This document shows, one piece after another, positions 52,050 to 63,300 of a stretch of DNA of 64,000 nucleotides. The notes beneath the pieces were generated by a model, which was given only the letters and a program-made list of their open reading frames with translations, was not told where the DNA came from and did not search any database. This DNA is from Gemmatimonadaceae bacterium. Lineage in GTDB: Bacteria > Gemmatimonadota > Gemmatimonadetes > Gemmatimonadales > Gemmatimonadaceae. Within the stretch, counting starts at the first letter, position 1. The number at the start of each line of letters is the position of its first letter. The stretch lies in the NCBI GenBank assembly GCA_044224875.1, contig JBGAJQ010000013.1:28119-92118 (forward strand). Direction: 5' to 3'. The translations under genes were made by a program, and so were the position numbers.

Positions 52050-54200
52050 TCAGGCGTCTAGCGCGTCGGCAAAGTGCAGCGCCAACAGCACACCGGCAGC
52101 ATCCGCCGTCATCGGTCGGGCAAACAGGAAGCCCTGGCCCAGTTCGCAGCCCATCGCCCGCACGCACTCCCGCTGCGCTTCCGTCTCGATTCCCTCGGCG
52201 ACAGTGCGAAGGGAAAGCGCCTGGCCCAGGAGCACGATGGTTCGCACGAGGGCTTCCTGCGGGCCGCCGTTCAACACGCCGTCCACGAACGAACGATCGA
52301 TCTTGATCATGTCGATCGGGAATTGCTGGAGGTAGCTGAGCGATGAATACCCCGTGCCAAAGTCATCGATCGCCATTCGCACGCCCGACTGGCGCAACGA
52401 CCACATGCGCTCCTTGGCGTGGTGGGAGCGATGGATCACCGAGCTTTCGGTGACTTCGAGAATCAGGCAGTGTGGCGGCACACCGCTCTCATCCAGCACG
52501 TGAATGACATCCTCCACGAATCCGCCATGATGCAACTGGCGGCCACTGACGTTCACCGTAAGGAACAACGGCTCGGATCCGGCGGGCACCTGGACTTCGC
52601 GCTGCCAGGTGGCGAGCTGTTCACACGCCGTCTGGAGCGCCCACCGCCCCAGTGGCACAATCAGTCCGGATTCCTCGGCGATCGGGATGAAGACGCTGGG
52701 TGGAATCGGGCCGCGTGTGGGATGCGTCCAGCGGAGTAGTGCCTCAAACCCGGCAATGCGGCCGGTCGGCAGGTCGATCAGGGGTTGGTAGTAGACATCG
52801 AGGTCGCCGTTGGCCATCGCCAGGCGCAACTCGCCTTGCAGGGTGCGACGCTCCGCGGCGGCGTTGTGCATCGACGGATCGAATCGCGTCCACCGTCCCT
52901 TGCCACGGGTCTTGCCGTGGTAGAGCGCCACGTCGGCATCGTGCAACAGGGCGTCCACGGGGCTCAGTGACGGCCGGGCGTCCGGTTCAACGTTTTCGGC
53001 CACTTCCGTTGCGTCTGGCAGACGGGTGTGTCCCTTGGCGATCCCGATGCTGGCACCCACCGACGCCGTCCGGTCACCGAGGACAAAGGGCGTGTCCAGC
53101 GACTTCAGGATGCGGTCAGCTACAACGATCGCCTCGGTCTCGTCGCGCAGGTAGCGGAGCAACACGGCAAATTCGTCGCCACCGATTCTCGCCACCACGT
53201 CCGATCCGCGTGTCGCCTGCAAGAGCCGTGATCCCACCTCCACCAGGAGCAGGTCGCCGGCTGCGTGACCGTAGGTGTCGTTCACCGTCTTGAAGCCGTC
53301 GAGGTCGACGGCGAGGACCGCCGTGGCTTCGGGCGTCCCGTTCGTCAGCGTATCCGAGACCACATGCCGGAATCGCGACCGGTTACAGAGGCCGGTGAGG
53401 GGATCGTGGAAGGCCTGATGGGAGAGGGCTTCCTGCGACGCACGGAGCGCGTCCTCCGCCTTCTTCCGCTCGGCGACCTCCGCCTCCAGTCGCTCCACCG
53501 TCTGGCCGAGTCGTTCGGCCGTGTGGTTGAAGCTGATGGCGAGGAATCCAAGGTCGTCCAACGCCCGCGCCGGCAGCCTCACCGAAAAGTCGCCGCCGGC
53601 CAGCGCGCCAAGCGCGCGTCTGGCGCCGCGCACGCGATACGTGAACCGCATCGGTCCGGCGATCGCCAGATACCCGATCGCCGCCAGGCAGAGCTCCTCG
53701 ACGGCGATGAGCATGACCGGGATGCCGTTCCCCGTGTGCATCGCACCGACGGCCCGAGCCGCTGGGTAACAGACGAGCGCCACGACGAGCTGCACTCGCG
53801 CCGCGCGGGGAATCGTCAGGCTGTATGCCGCAGACGCCAGCAGAAAGAAGGGCAGGGCAAGGTACGCCAACATACCCATCGCCGATCCGATCACGCCGAT
53901 CAGGAAGGAATCGGAGAAAAGGAGTGCCCACATGTGCCAGGGCCGTGCCCGGCCCCGCCGCTGGTGCCAAAGCGCCAGCGCATTCGCCGTCAACGCCAGG
54001 GAATTGCAGACAATGAGCACCTGCCAGCTGGCAGGAAGCACGTCCACGATGGCGTCGAGGACTCCCATTCCGATGCAAACACCAATCAGCGACAGGCGAA
54101 TGTACGTCGCCTGTCGCATCCACTCCTTTTGCATCAACCACTTTTCGTGGAGAATCAGCTCGCGCGGGAGCGCGTTCGAAACGGAATCTGGGTTTCGCAA
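52050..54200 (-). CDS. Membrane-bound HAMP-GGDEF-EAL diguanylate cyclase/phosphodiesterase
   Basis: Several TM helices, HAMP, HDPLTGL, GGDEF, FEALLRW, AIDDFGTGYSS. Start uncertain. Confidence 0.9.
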   Translation of the reverse strand: MRNPDSVSNALPRELILHEKWLMQKEWMRQATYIRLSLIGVCIGMGVLDAIVDVLPASWQVLIVCNSLALTANALALWHQRRGRARPWHMWALLFSDSFLIGVIGSAMGMLAYLALPFFLLASAAYSLTIPRAARVQLVVALVCYPAARAVGAMHTGNGIPVMLIAVEELCLAAIGYLAIAGPMRFTYRVRGARRALGALAGGDFSVRLPARALDDLGFLAISFNHTAERLGQTVERLEAEVAERKKAEDALRASQEALSHQAFHDPLTGLCNRSRFRHVVSDTLTNGTPEATAVLAVDLDGFKTVNDTYGHAAGDLLLVEVGSRLLQATRGSDVVARIGGDEFAVLLRYLRDETEAIVVADRILKSLDTPFVLGDRTASVGASIGIAKGHTRLPDATEVAENVEPDARPSLSPVDALLHDADVALYHGKTRGKGRWTRFDPSMHNAAAERRTLQGELRLAMANGDLDVYYQPLIDLPTGRIAGFEALLRWTHPTRGPIPPSVFIPIAEESGLIVPLGRWALQTACEQLATWQREVQVPAGSEPLFLTVNVSGRQLHHGGFVEDVIHVLDESGVPPHCLILEVTESSVIHRSHHAKERMWSLRQSGVRMAIDDFGTGYSSLSYLQQFPIDMIKIDRSFVDGVLNGGPQEALVRTIVLLGQALSLRTVAEGIETEAQRECVRAMGCELGQGFLFARPMTADAAGVLLALHFADALDA

Positions 54201-54386
54201 GGGACTACGGTCGGCGGCACAGGGAGCGGCGCTCCCCCGGCTATCGCCAGGGGGGCTATCTCCTTAGAGTGTCGACCCTTTGAATCAGTCCCTTGACCGG
54301 TTGCCGTCCGCGTGCGCAGAGGATGCGGGCATATCAAACGCGCACGGGTTAGAGGGTCCACATGGGGACCTGCCTCGCGCTCCGGC

Positions 54387-56744
54387 CTAGAACGAAAACA
54401 TCTGCGTCACTTTCAGGATAAGTGCGCGTCCAGGCACGATATTCCCGTCGGTGATGCGCTGGTCATTGTAGACGATGAAGACGTCGCTCAGCGGGTGGTG
54501 AATGAGGTTGAACCGTACGTTCGCGTTGAACTGCTTGGTGGCGATGTCGTACTGCGACAACGCGTCAATGAACATGTTCGTCGTGAACGAATAGCTGGCG
54601 CGCATGGTGTACAGGCTGTTCACGAAGTCCTCGCTCACCAGCGTGCTGGGGGCAGTCAGACTGGGCACATCCACGGTTGCCTCGGTGCGCTGCAGGCCGA
54701 ACGTGCTCCGGAACTTGTAGTTCGGTCGGAAGGTCACCGAGCCCGAGATGGTGCGTTGTGTTCCCGAATAGAGTCCGCCATGGGTGATGCGGAAGGAGGT
54801 GGACAAGCGGCGACTTTGATCGGAGATCACGTACCACTGCCAATCGTTCCAGCTGTACAGACCCGCTGGAATGGGGTTCTTCATCTTCGGGTTGGGATAA
54901 AACGGCGCCGACAGGCGATTGGCATTGGGATTGACCGACAGCTCAAACACGGCGCCGCTATTGAAGAACACCGACCAACCTGTGTGCAGGTTCTTTCCGG
55001 CGATGTTGCCCTTCAGGTCTTCCAGGTACGACCACCCGACGTGCGGGTGAAATTCGCGAATCCCGTGCGCCCGCAGGCCCGGTGAGCGTGGGCGCAAGCC
55101 GGACTCCAGCAGGTACTTTCGCACATTCGTCCGGCGATAGTAGCCGAGGTCATTCTGGAAGCCCGGACCCAGCTGCATCACGCCGCCCTTCCCGTGGAAA
55201 AAATTGCCCTCCCAGTTCAGGGTCGATCGCCACGCGTAGTCCCCGCTATCGATCCCCGGCGTCTCCGTCTTCACGAGGTAGGAGTTCCAATCCAGGTTGC
55301 CGAACAACCGGAAATTGTTGTCGATGCCGTAGACGCGATTGTGGTAGTCGCCACGCAACCGGAGGGTCCCGGTATCCGCGCCGGAGGTGTTCAACGTCTG
55401 CATGAGGATAAAACCGACGTCGTTACCGACCTTGCCGAGGTTCTGGCGCAAGCGGACGACACTGGAGTTCATGGCGGGGAGGCCACCGTCCTCGCGTTCC
55501 TGCACCGTCAACACCCCTAGCCGCGTTCCCTCGGTGAGCTTTCCCGTCACGCGCACACCGCCGATGATCGGCAGCTGCAACCCACTCTCGGTCAGTCCAA
55601 TCCGGCGCGAAAAGAAGAGCAGGTTATCTTCGTCCGGGGTTGGCGTCGGGTTCACACGGTTGTTGCGCGCGGCGTCACCCACGTAGAACACACCCGAGTT
55701 CTCCAGGAAGAAATCGCGCTTTTCCGGAAAGAACTGCGAGAACTGCGTCAGGTTGACCTGCTGCTCGTCAGCCTCCACCTGTCCAAAGTCTGGATTCACC
55801 GTCAGGTCCATCGTGAGTCCGGGCGTCAGGGCCGCACGGACGTCCACTCCAATGTCGGCCGACGACTTGAACGTCGGGCTTGGCACGGCCGTTGTCCCAA
55901 GGGCGCGAACCGTGTTCGTTGCCAGGTACGGCTTGATGCGCAGGTCTCGCGCCGCGCCGCCGGTCTGCAGCCCCGTTAGGTTCCCCGCCAGCGACACCCG
56001 GTTCATGTTGAACGAGCGAGGCACCGGCGACCAGAACACCACCTCGTTCTTCCGGCGGATGTGCCGCGAAAAATTGATCCCCCACGCACTATTGGCCTTG
56101 TCAAAGCGAAGCGCCCGGAACGGGATGCGCATTTCCACTGTCCAGCCGTCGCTCCCGATCCGCGTCCGAACGTCCCAGACCGCGTCCCAGCTCTGGTTGA
56201 TCTCGCGCCCTTCCAGAGCCACCTGCCGGTCGTGACGCGCGCCCTCGATGTTGGTGCTGAAGACGTACCCGTTGCGACGGTCGCCAAAGGTGTCCAGTAG
56301 CACTTCGAAGTCGTCCTGTTCCTCTTCCTTGAAGTCTTTCTTGATGTCGTTGACAACCAGCCCGGCGACGTTCGAGTCGTGCAACGTGGCGCCGATGTAC
56401 AGGTTGTCGGCGTCAAAGGCGATTCGCACCTCATTCCCCTCGGTGGCCAGTTCGCCCTCGAGCGGCTCACTCTGCACAAAGTCCGTCAGCGCCTCCGCAC
56501 GCTTCCACACCTCCTCGTCCAGCACGCCGTCCACCTTGATGGCGCCGTTCGACGGCGCCGCCATCGCCTCGCGCCGCCCATCGGTCGAATGCCGGCCAGA
56601 CAAGGACCGCACGCGTGCCTCTCGCCGAGCCGCGGCATCACTCGCTGCCTGAGCAGGAAGGGTGTGTCCGAATACGGGGCTCGTCGCGCACAGCAACACG
56701 AGCAACAGGGGCGTAGCGACAGCAGATGGCGCGCGTTGCGTCAT
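54387..56744 (-). CDS. CBM9-like/DUF5916 outer membrane protein
   Basis: IKVDGVLDE..W, GWTVEMRIPF, LTVNPDFGQVEAD, FFPEKRDFFLE, LFFSRRIG; C-terminal Phe. Confidence 0.8.
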   Translation of the reverse strand: MTQRAPSAVATPLLLVLLCATSPVFGHTLPAQAASDAAARREARVRSLSGRHSTDGRREAMAAPSNGAIKVDGVLDEEVWKRAEALTDFVQSEPLEGELATEGNEVRIAFDADNLYIGATLHDSNVAGLVVNDIKKDFKEEEQDDFEVLLDTFGDRRNGYVFSTNIEGARHDRQVALEGREINQSWDAVWDVRTRIGSDGWTVEMRIPFRALRFDKANSAWGINFSRHIRRKNEVVFWSPVPRSFNMNRVSLAGNLTGLQTGGAARDLRIKPYLATNTVRALGTTAVPSPTFKSSADIGVDVRAALTPGLTMDLTVNPDFGQVEADEQQVNLTQFSQFFPEKRDFFLENSGVFYVGDAARNNRVNPTPTPDEDNLLFFSRRIGLTESGLQLPIIGGVRVTGKLTEGTRLGVLTVQEREDGGLPAMNSSVVRLRQNLGKVGNDVGFILMQTLNTSGADTGTLRLRGDYHNRVYGIDNNFRLFGNLDWNSYLVKTETPGIDSGDYAWRSTLNWEGNFFHGKGGVMQLGPGFQNDLGYYRRTNVRKYLLESGLRPRSPGLRAHGIREFHPHVGWSYLEDLKGNIAGKNLHTGWSVFFNSGAVFELSVNPNANRLSAPFYPNPKMKNPIPAGLYSWNDWQWYVISDQSRRLSTSFRITHGGLYSGTQRTISGSVTFRPNYKFRSTFGLQRTEATVDVPSLTAPSTLVSEDFVNSLYTMRASYSFTTNMFIDALSQYDIATKQFNANVRFNLIHHPLSDVFIVYNDQRITDGNIVPGRALILKVTQMFSF

Positions 56745-57051
56745 TGGGGCAAAAGACTCGCTGATGGGTGGGGAGGGAGCGATCACGGGACGGACTCCCA
56801 CGCCCGAAATCTACGCGCCACCCCTCGCCTGGGGACCACCCGGCTTCGCGTGTCTACAATGGTGGCTTCACACCCGGCCTTTCGTGTGGACCGGTCGTCC
56901 CAGCGCAATTGCCTTTTTCCGCGCTCCGCTCGCACTATCAGGCAGGGTCCCGGCCCGCAAAATCTGGCGTACGAGATTCATGGGTCGCACGAGAGCTCAC
57001 GACCACGCAGTCGAGAACACTGACGTTGGCTTCATATGCGAGGAGATGCTG

Positions 57052-57702
57052 ATGCGCTCAATCTCAGGGACGACGTTCAATCGAACCAAGTCGTGTGGGG
57101 CCGTTGCCAGCATCGGTCGTAGCCCGTTGAAGAAGACCGCGGGATTGCGAACAATCGGGTGGGCACTCGCGGCGATCATCGCCTACGCGCCGATCGCCAG
57201 CGCGCAACAGCAACCTCCTCGGCGCTGGACCCCGTCCTTGACCGGTGGTGTGGCTCGCGCTGGGTTGCGCGGTGGAGGATCCGCCGGCGCCGCGCGCGTG
57301 GGGTTCGAGGTGCAGCGCTCAATCACGAGCCGGGTTGGGACTGTCTTCGCCGTCGAGTCGTACGTCATGCAGGAGGGGTTGGCGCAGCCCTCATGTATTG
57401 CTGGTGCCCAATGCCAGGAGACGTCGACGTTGCCGGGCATGCTCGTTGGCTCCTCGATGGGCCTTGTCTTTCATCCTGTGGGCGACGTCTTGTCGCTGCT
57501 GACGACGGTCGGCGGTTTCTACGGGCCGTCGATCGTGGGTTCACAGCCCAAGGGCGCGTTTTCGACGACCCTAGGTGCCGACATCGAGCTTCCCTGGGAG
57601 TCGCGCTTCTCGCCCATCATAGGCGTTCGGCTGGTGTACCTGTCGCAGCCGCTCGCGAATGTGCGCACGCTCGTCGGTCCAGGAGCGGGCCTCGGGTTCT
57701 AA
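57052..57702 (+). CDS. Hypothetical secreted protein, possibly a small outer membrane beta-barrel
   Basis: GAGGAG RBS, signal-like helix, amphipathic strands, C-terminal GLGF. Start uncertain. Confidence 0.55.
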   Translation: MRSISGTTFNRTKSCGAVASIGRSPLKKTAGLRTIGWALAAIIAYAPIASAQQQPPRRWTPSLTGGVARAGLRGGGSAGAARVGFEVQRSITSRVGTVFAVESYVMQEGLAQPSCIAGAQCQETSTLPGMLVGSSMGLVFHPVGDVLSLLTTVGGFYGPSIVGSQPKGAFSTTLGADIELPWESRFSPIIGVRLVYLSQPLANVRTLVGPGAGLGF

Positions 57703-57853
57703 GAGCGGAACGGAAACGAACTCCGCCGGCTCATCGCCCGATCGGGCGTCGCGTTGCTCGATCGGGTGACAGCTGTTTCAACGACGGATTGCGCACGGCG
57801 TCCCTCCGACCACATGGCGTTGTCGCTTGCTTCCTCTCGCCCCTCATCACCGG

Positions 57854-60118
57854 TCAAGGAACGGGTAATGCGCCAGGGGCGAGGTTCTCGTTCAGGTAAC
57901 GCGTGAGCAGGGTGTAGAGGTGCCGCGTCGTGCCGGCACCCTCGTAGATGCCGTGCGATCGATTGGGATACGACATCATCGTGAACTGCTTGTTGGCGCG
58001 AATCAGGGCGTTCACGATCTGCTCGCTGTTCTGGTAATGCACGTTGTCGTCGCCGGTGCCGTGCACCAACAGCAACTTTCCCTTCAACTGCGACGCAAAG
58101 GTGATCGGCGACCCCTGCCGAAACGCGTCCTCGTTCTCCGACGGGAGCCCCATGTAGCGCTCCTGGTAGATCGAGTCGTAGTTGTGCTGGTCACCGACAG
58201 GCGCAACGGACATACCCACCTTGTACAGTTCTGGTGAACGGAACATCAGGTTCAACGTCATGGAGCCGCCACCGCTCCATCCCCACACCCCAACACGCGA
58301 GGAGTCCAGGTAGGCGTACGTGCGCAGCATCTGGCGCACGGCGGCTGCCTGATCCGACGAGTTCAGGATTCCGATCTTGCCGTAGATGGACTTGCGCCAG
58401 GCGCGTCCGCGAAGCGACGGGGTGCCACGATTGTCCACCGATGCCACGATGTAGCCTTGCTGCGTGAGCATCAGGTGCCACAGGTAGTTGCGGCCACCCC
58501 ACGAATCTGTGACAGTTTGACCTGCCGGCTCACCATACACGTGGAAGAGCACGGGATAGCGCCGGGCCGGATCGAACCCAGGCGGCTTCATGAGGTAGCC
58601 GTCCAGCTCAACCCCGTCACCAATCGGGACGCGAATGAACTCCATCGGCCCCTTGGTCAACGAGCCCACCGTGCGCCGGAGTGCTTCGTTCGCCGCCAGC
58701 AGTCGCACCGACTGATGCGACGGCAAGGACACCAGGTCGATCGCCGGTGCCACGCCAACGCTCGACGCCACGTGAATCGCGAACTTGCCGTTCGGGGCGA
58801 CATTGTACGAATGCGTTCCCTTCTCACTCGCCGGCGTCAGGCGCTGCGCGGATGACTTGCCGTCCAGGTTCGCGCGATAGAGGAATCGTTGCAGTCCGGT
58901 CGCGGGAGAAGCGATGAAGTACACCGCGCCGGATGCTGGATCGATGCGTTCGATTCGCGCCACGTCGTAGTCGCCAGTGGTCACCAGGCGCGACGTCTTG
59001 CCATCCCGTGATAGCACGTAGAGGTGACGCCATCCATCCCGCTCCGTAAGCCACGTAAACGACTTGCCACCGTCCAGCCATTGAAAATCGTCCATGACGT
59101 CCACCCACGCACTGTCGCGCTCGACGAGGATGTCCCGTGTTGCGCCTGTCGATGGGTCGCCGGACAACAGCGTCAACGTATTCTGCTTGCGGTTGAGGTG
59201 CTGGATGACCACCTCTCGCGAATCCGGGCTCCACTCCATGCGTGCCAGATAGGTGTTGCGCGGATCGCCCGGCGTGCGAAACCAGGTTGTCGTGCCACCC
59301 ACCGCACTCACCACGCCGACCCGGGCCGCCGAGTTCGTTTGGCCAACCTTCGGATACTGAACGGGGATCGTGTAGGAATAGAGCGAGTCCGTGTTGTTGA
59401 TCATGAGGAAGTCGCGCACACCGGACGCGTCCAGCTGCCAGTAGGCGATGCGTGTTCCGTCCGGGCTCCAGCGGAACGCATCGCGCAACCCGAGTTCCTC
59501 CTCGTAGACCCAATCCGTGGTGCCGTTGATGATCGTGCGTGAGCCATCGCTCGTCAGGCGCGTCACCTTGCCGTCGAGGGTCTCCACGTACAGGTCGTTC
59601 TCCCGCACATACGCCACGCGGTCGCCATTTGGCGAGAACTTGGCAAACATGAGCGTGGATGGCTTGGCCCCTTTGCCCACCTGCGAGAGCGTCCACGTGC
59701 TCACATCCAGCACCCAGTAATCGCCCCTCGTGTTGTCGCGCCACACGCGTGCCGAGTTGGTGAAGATGAGCAGACGTCGTTGGTCGTTGGACCAGTCATA
59801 GGCCTCGACGTCGATTGGCGAGGTTGCCCCTGACGGGATGAGACGCGCCGCGGGCACCAGCACGGAGCGGGCGCCGCTTGCGGCATCGTAACGCACGATG
59901 TCCGTGCCGTTGGGCGTGTCCGTCGAACGCTCCAACGTCGTGTATCCGCTGCCATCGGCCAGCCATGCCGACGGGCCAAATGACTGCGACACGAAGTCTC
60001 GTGTGGCGAAGATTCGGTCCACGGAAAGTGCGCCAGGATCACCCTGCTGCGCGCAAACCGGAGTGACAGCAACAAGAGTCAGGAGCAAGCCGAGTGACAG
60101 GCGCACGGTGCGAGTCAT
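57854..60118 (-). CDS. S9B dipeptidyl peptidase IV family protein
   Basis: Signal peptide, DWVYEEE, GWSGGG nucleophile, DDNVH, H.I catalytic His. Confidence 0.95.
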   Translation of the reverse strand: MTRTVRLSLGLLLTLVAVTPVCAQQGDPGALSVDRIFATRDFVSQSFGPSAWLADGSGYTTLERSTDTPNGTDIVRYDAASGARSVLVPAARLIPSGATSPIDVEAYDWSNDQRRLLIFTNSARVWRDNTRGDYWVLDVSTWTLSQVGKGAKPSTLMFAKFSPNGDRVAYVRENDLYVETLDGKVTRLTSDGSRTIINGTTDWVYEEELGLRDAFRWSPDGTRIAYWQLDASGVRDFLMINNTDSLYSYTIPVQYPKVGQTNSAARVGVVSAVGGTTTWFRTPGDPRNTYLARMEWSPDSREVVIQHLNRKQNTLTLLSGDPSTGATRDILVERDSAWVDVMDDFQWLDGGKSFTWLTERDGWRHLYVLSRDGKTSRLVTTGDYDVARIERIDPASGAVYFIASPATGLQRFLYRANLDGKSSAQRLTPASEKGTHSYNVAPNGKFAIHVASSVGVAPAIDLVSLPSHQSVRLLAANEALRRTVGSLTKGPMEFIRVPIGDGVELDGYLMKPPGFDPARRYPVLFHVYGEPAGQTVTDSWGGRNYLWHLMLTQQGYIVASVDNRGTPSLRGRAWRKSIYGKIGILNSSDQAAAVRQMLRTYAYLDSSRVGVWGWSGGGSMTLNLMFRSPELYKVGMSVAPVGDQHNYDSIYQERYMGLPSENEDAFRQGSPITFASQLKGKLLLVHGTGDDNVHYQNSEQIVNALIRANKQFTMMSYPNRSHGIYEGAGTTRHLYTLLTRYLNENLAPGALPVP

Positions 60119-60326
60119 GGGTGTGCGAAGTGCGGGTCGGGAGTTGGTTACGCCGATGCGGCGATCCGGCTGCCGCGATCGTTGGTCGGACCACGTAATA
60201 TCACGCCGGCGTAGCCGACGGACAGGGCTGGCGTGACAACTCGCGATGTTCTGGTGCAGAGGGCCGTCCGGTCGATCGGCAGGGTTGGCGGCATGCGCGG
60301 GAAGGCGAGCGGCGCTGCGTTAGGCC

Positions 60327-63300
60327 TCAGTAGAAATTGTGGCCCTTCGCCCACTGCTCACCAGCATCCGCACGCAAGCCAGTGAATTGCTCACCCCGCA
60401 GGTTCACGACCTTGTGCTCGACCTGCAGGGTGCCGCGGATCAACAGCAATGGAGCGGACGAGATCAGGAGGGCCTGGCGCTCGAAGCGTTTGGGGGTCAC
60501 GACCACGTTGACGATGCCGGTCTCATCCTCCAGTGACAGGAAGACAAACCCCTTGGCGGTGCCCGGACGCTGGCGACAGATCACGAGCCCGGCTAGCGCC
60601 ACGCGCTCACCATCCTGCCCGTGCTGATTCAGGTCGCGCGAGGTCCGGACCCCGTTGGGGATCAGCGTCTCGCGCAGGTGTCGCATGGGGTGACCGGCCA
60701 GCGACAGGCCGGTGAGCCGGTAGTCGGCGTCAGTCAGCTCCAACCGTGACATGGCCGGAAGGTGTCGTCCCTCTCCGGGTTGAGGCTGGCGGCTGCGCTG
60801 CGGAGCCAGCGGACCAGCGTCGCCGCGCAGCGCGTCCAACACCCGCCACAAGGCCACCCGCCGTCGTTCCAGCGGCGGCACATCCGCCACCATGCGATCG
60901 AAGGCGCCGGCTTCGCAGAGCGCCCGCAAGGTCCGCTGATCGAGACCTGCTCGGTGTACCACGTCCGGGATGTCCCGGAAGGGGCCGTCGCCAAGGGCTC
61001 GCTCCAGCTTCTCGCGAGCCGCCGCGCCCAGGCCACGCACGGCGCGCACGCCCAGTCGGACGATGGGAGCCCGTGATCGTACCGGGTCCGTCGCGGCACC
61101 GGCCGACGACCGCTGTCGCCGCGTCTCGACCTGCACCACCCCGTCATAGGGAACAACGGTACGCCCATCCGACAGCTCCAACGTGTGATCCCACGCCGAT
61201 CGTGTCAGGTCGGCAGGACGCACCACCACGCCGTGGCGGCGCGCATCCTCGATCAACGTGCCCACCGAATAGAATCCCATGGGCTGCGCGTTCAAGATGG
61301 CGGCGGTGAACTCCGGCGCGTAATAGTGCCGCAGGTACGCCGACGCGTACACGATCAGCGCGAAGCTGGCCGCGTGCGACTCGGGGAACCCATAGTCGGC
61401 GAATCCGTTCAACTGATTGTAGATCCGCCGGGCCACGTCTTCCGGAATCCCGTTGCGCTGCATACCGGCAATCAACTCCTCACAAATCGCCGCCATGCGT
61501 TCGCGCGAGCGCTTGTGCCCCATGGCCCGTCGCAGCGTATCTGCCTGGCCCGGCGTGAACCCGGCCGCCGCCACCGCCACCTGCATCCCCTGCTCCTGGA
61601 AGAGCGGCACGCCTAACGTGCGCTTGAGGATCGGTTCCAGGGACGGATGCGGGTACGTCACCGGTTCCTCGCCCGCCCGACGCCGCAGGTATGGGTGTAC
61701 CATCTCTCCCTGGATCGGCCCCGGCCGGATCAGCGCCACCTCCACCACAATGTCGTAGAACGAGCGTGGCTTGAGCCGCGGCAGTGTGTTCATTTGCGCG
61801 CGACTCTCCACCTGAAACACGCCGATGGTGTCGGCCGCGCACAGGTCGTCGTACACCGACTGATCCGTCAGGTCCAACTGCGCCAGGTCGATCGTGACGC
61901 CCCGGGCCGCCCGGATGTACACGATGCAGTCCTGCAGCACCGTCAACATCCCAAGACCCAACAGGTCGATCTTCACCAGACCAGCCGGGTCCAGGTCGTC
62001 CCGCTCCCATTGGATGACGGTGCGATTGGGCATGGACGCCGGTTCGATCGGCACCACGGTCGACAGCGGCTCGGCCGTCAGCACAAACCCACCGACGTGG
62101 ATCGACCGGTGTCGCGGCGCCTGGTGCAGCCCTGCCACCACCTCCGGGAGCATCTGCACACGCCGGTCGTGCGGGTCCAACCCAGCCTGCGACAACACGG
62201 ATCCCGGGTCTTCGGCCGCACGGATTGCCGTCACCGGATTGCGCTGTGCGGCGTGTGGAGGACTGGCAGGGGACGAGACCGCATCTCCGGACGCACGAGC
62301 CGTCGGCCGCGCAGTAGATCCACCAGACGAAGCATCCTGCGGGGCGTCGGAGGCAGCGGTCGACGCGCGTTGACGGGGTACCACGGGTGTTGCTGGCGAG
62401 GCGTCCGGTAGCGTACCAGTGGCAACGGTCGAAGCACCTTGACGACGTGATACGGTTGTTGCTGGCGAGATGCCCTGCGGCGTACCAGTGGCAACGGTCG
62501 AAGCACCTTGACGACGTGACACGGTTGTTGCTGGCGAGATGTCCTGCGACGTATCAGTGGCAGCTTGCGTCCGGCCCTCGCCCAGAGTCACTGACGAACG
62601 CTTACGCGCCAGCTCCGGACGCCCCGCGTGCGCGCCGGCCGCGCGACGACTCGCCTCCTTGTCTTGCCGTGTTCGCGTGGACATTTCCGTGCCATGCACC
62701 ATCCCCTGGCCCAGTCGTTCCGCCAGCAATCGCTCGGCCGTCCATTCCTCCTTCTGCTTGCGCGGATCGTTCGGGATGCCAGGACGGTCGCTTTGCGGAT
62801 CCAGGTCGTAGTGACGGCCAAGCATTTCCATGGCAGGCGTGCCGGCACGCAGTGCATCGGCGGTCGCCTTGGCCGAAAACCGATCGCTCAACGTACTGAG
62901 CACGTTGGCCTGTTCCACCGAAAAGCCGAGTACGCGCGCTGTGTCGCGGACCGCGGAACGGCCGCGATAGGTGATGTGCTCGCAAACCATCGCCGCATGC
63001 TCGCGCCCGTATCGTTCGTACACGTACTGCAGGACCTTTTCGCGATCACGATGCGCGAAGTCGAGGTCGATATCGGGCGCTTCCTTCCGTTCGTCGCTCA
63101 GGAATCGCTCGAAGAGGAGCTCCATGCGCACGGGGTCAATGGCGGTGATGCCGAGGCAGTAGCAGACCGCCGAATTCGCCGCCGATCCCCGACCCTGGCA
63201 CAGGACGCCCTCACGGCGGGCGAATCGCACGATGTCCCAGACGATGAGGAAGTATCCGGCGAGCCCCAACCGTTGAATGACGGTGAGTTCATGTCGGATC

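Noticed and set aside
62342..62564. CRISPR array or intein in dnaE2
   Set aside because: Units are contiguous 69-bp in-frame repeats without unique spacers or cas genes. The insert lacks intein Cys/Ser start and His-Asn end motifs and any endonuclease motif.
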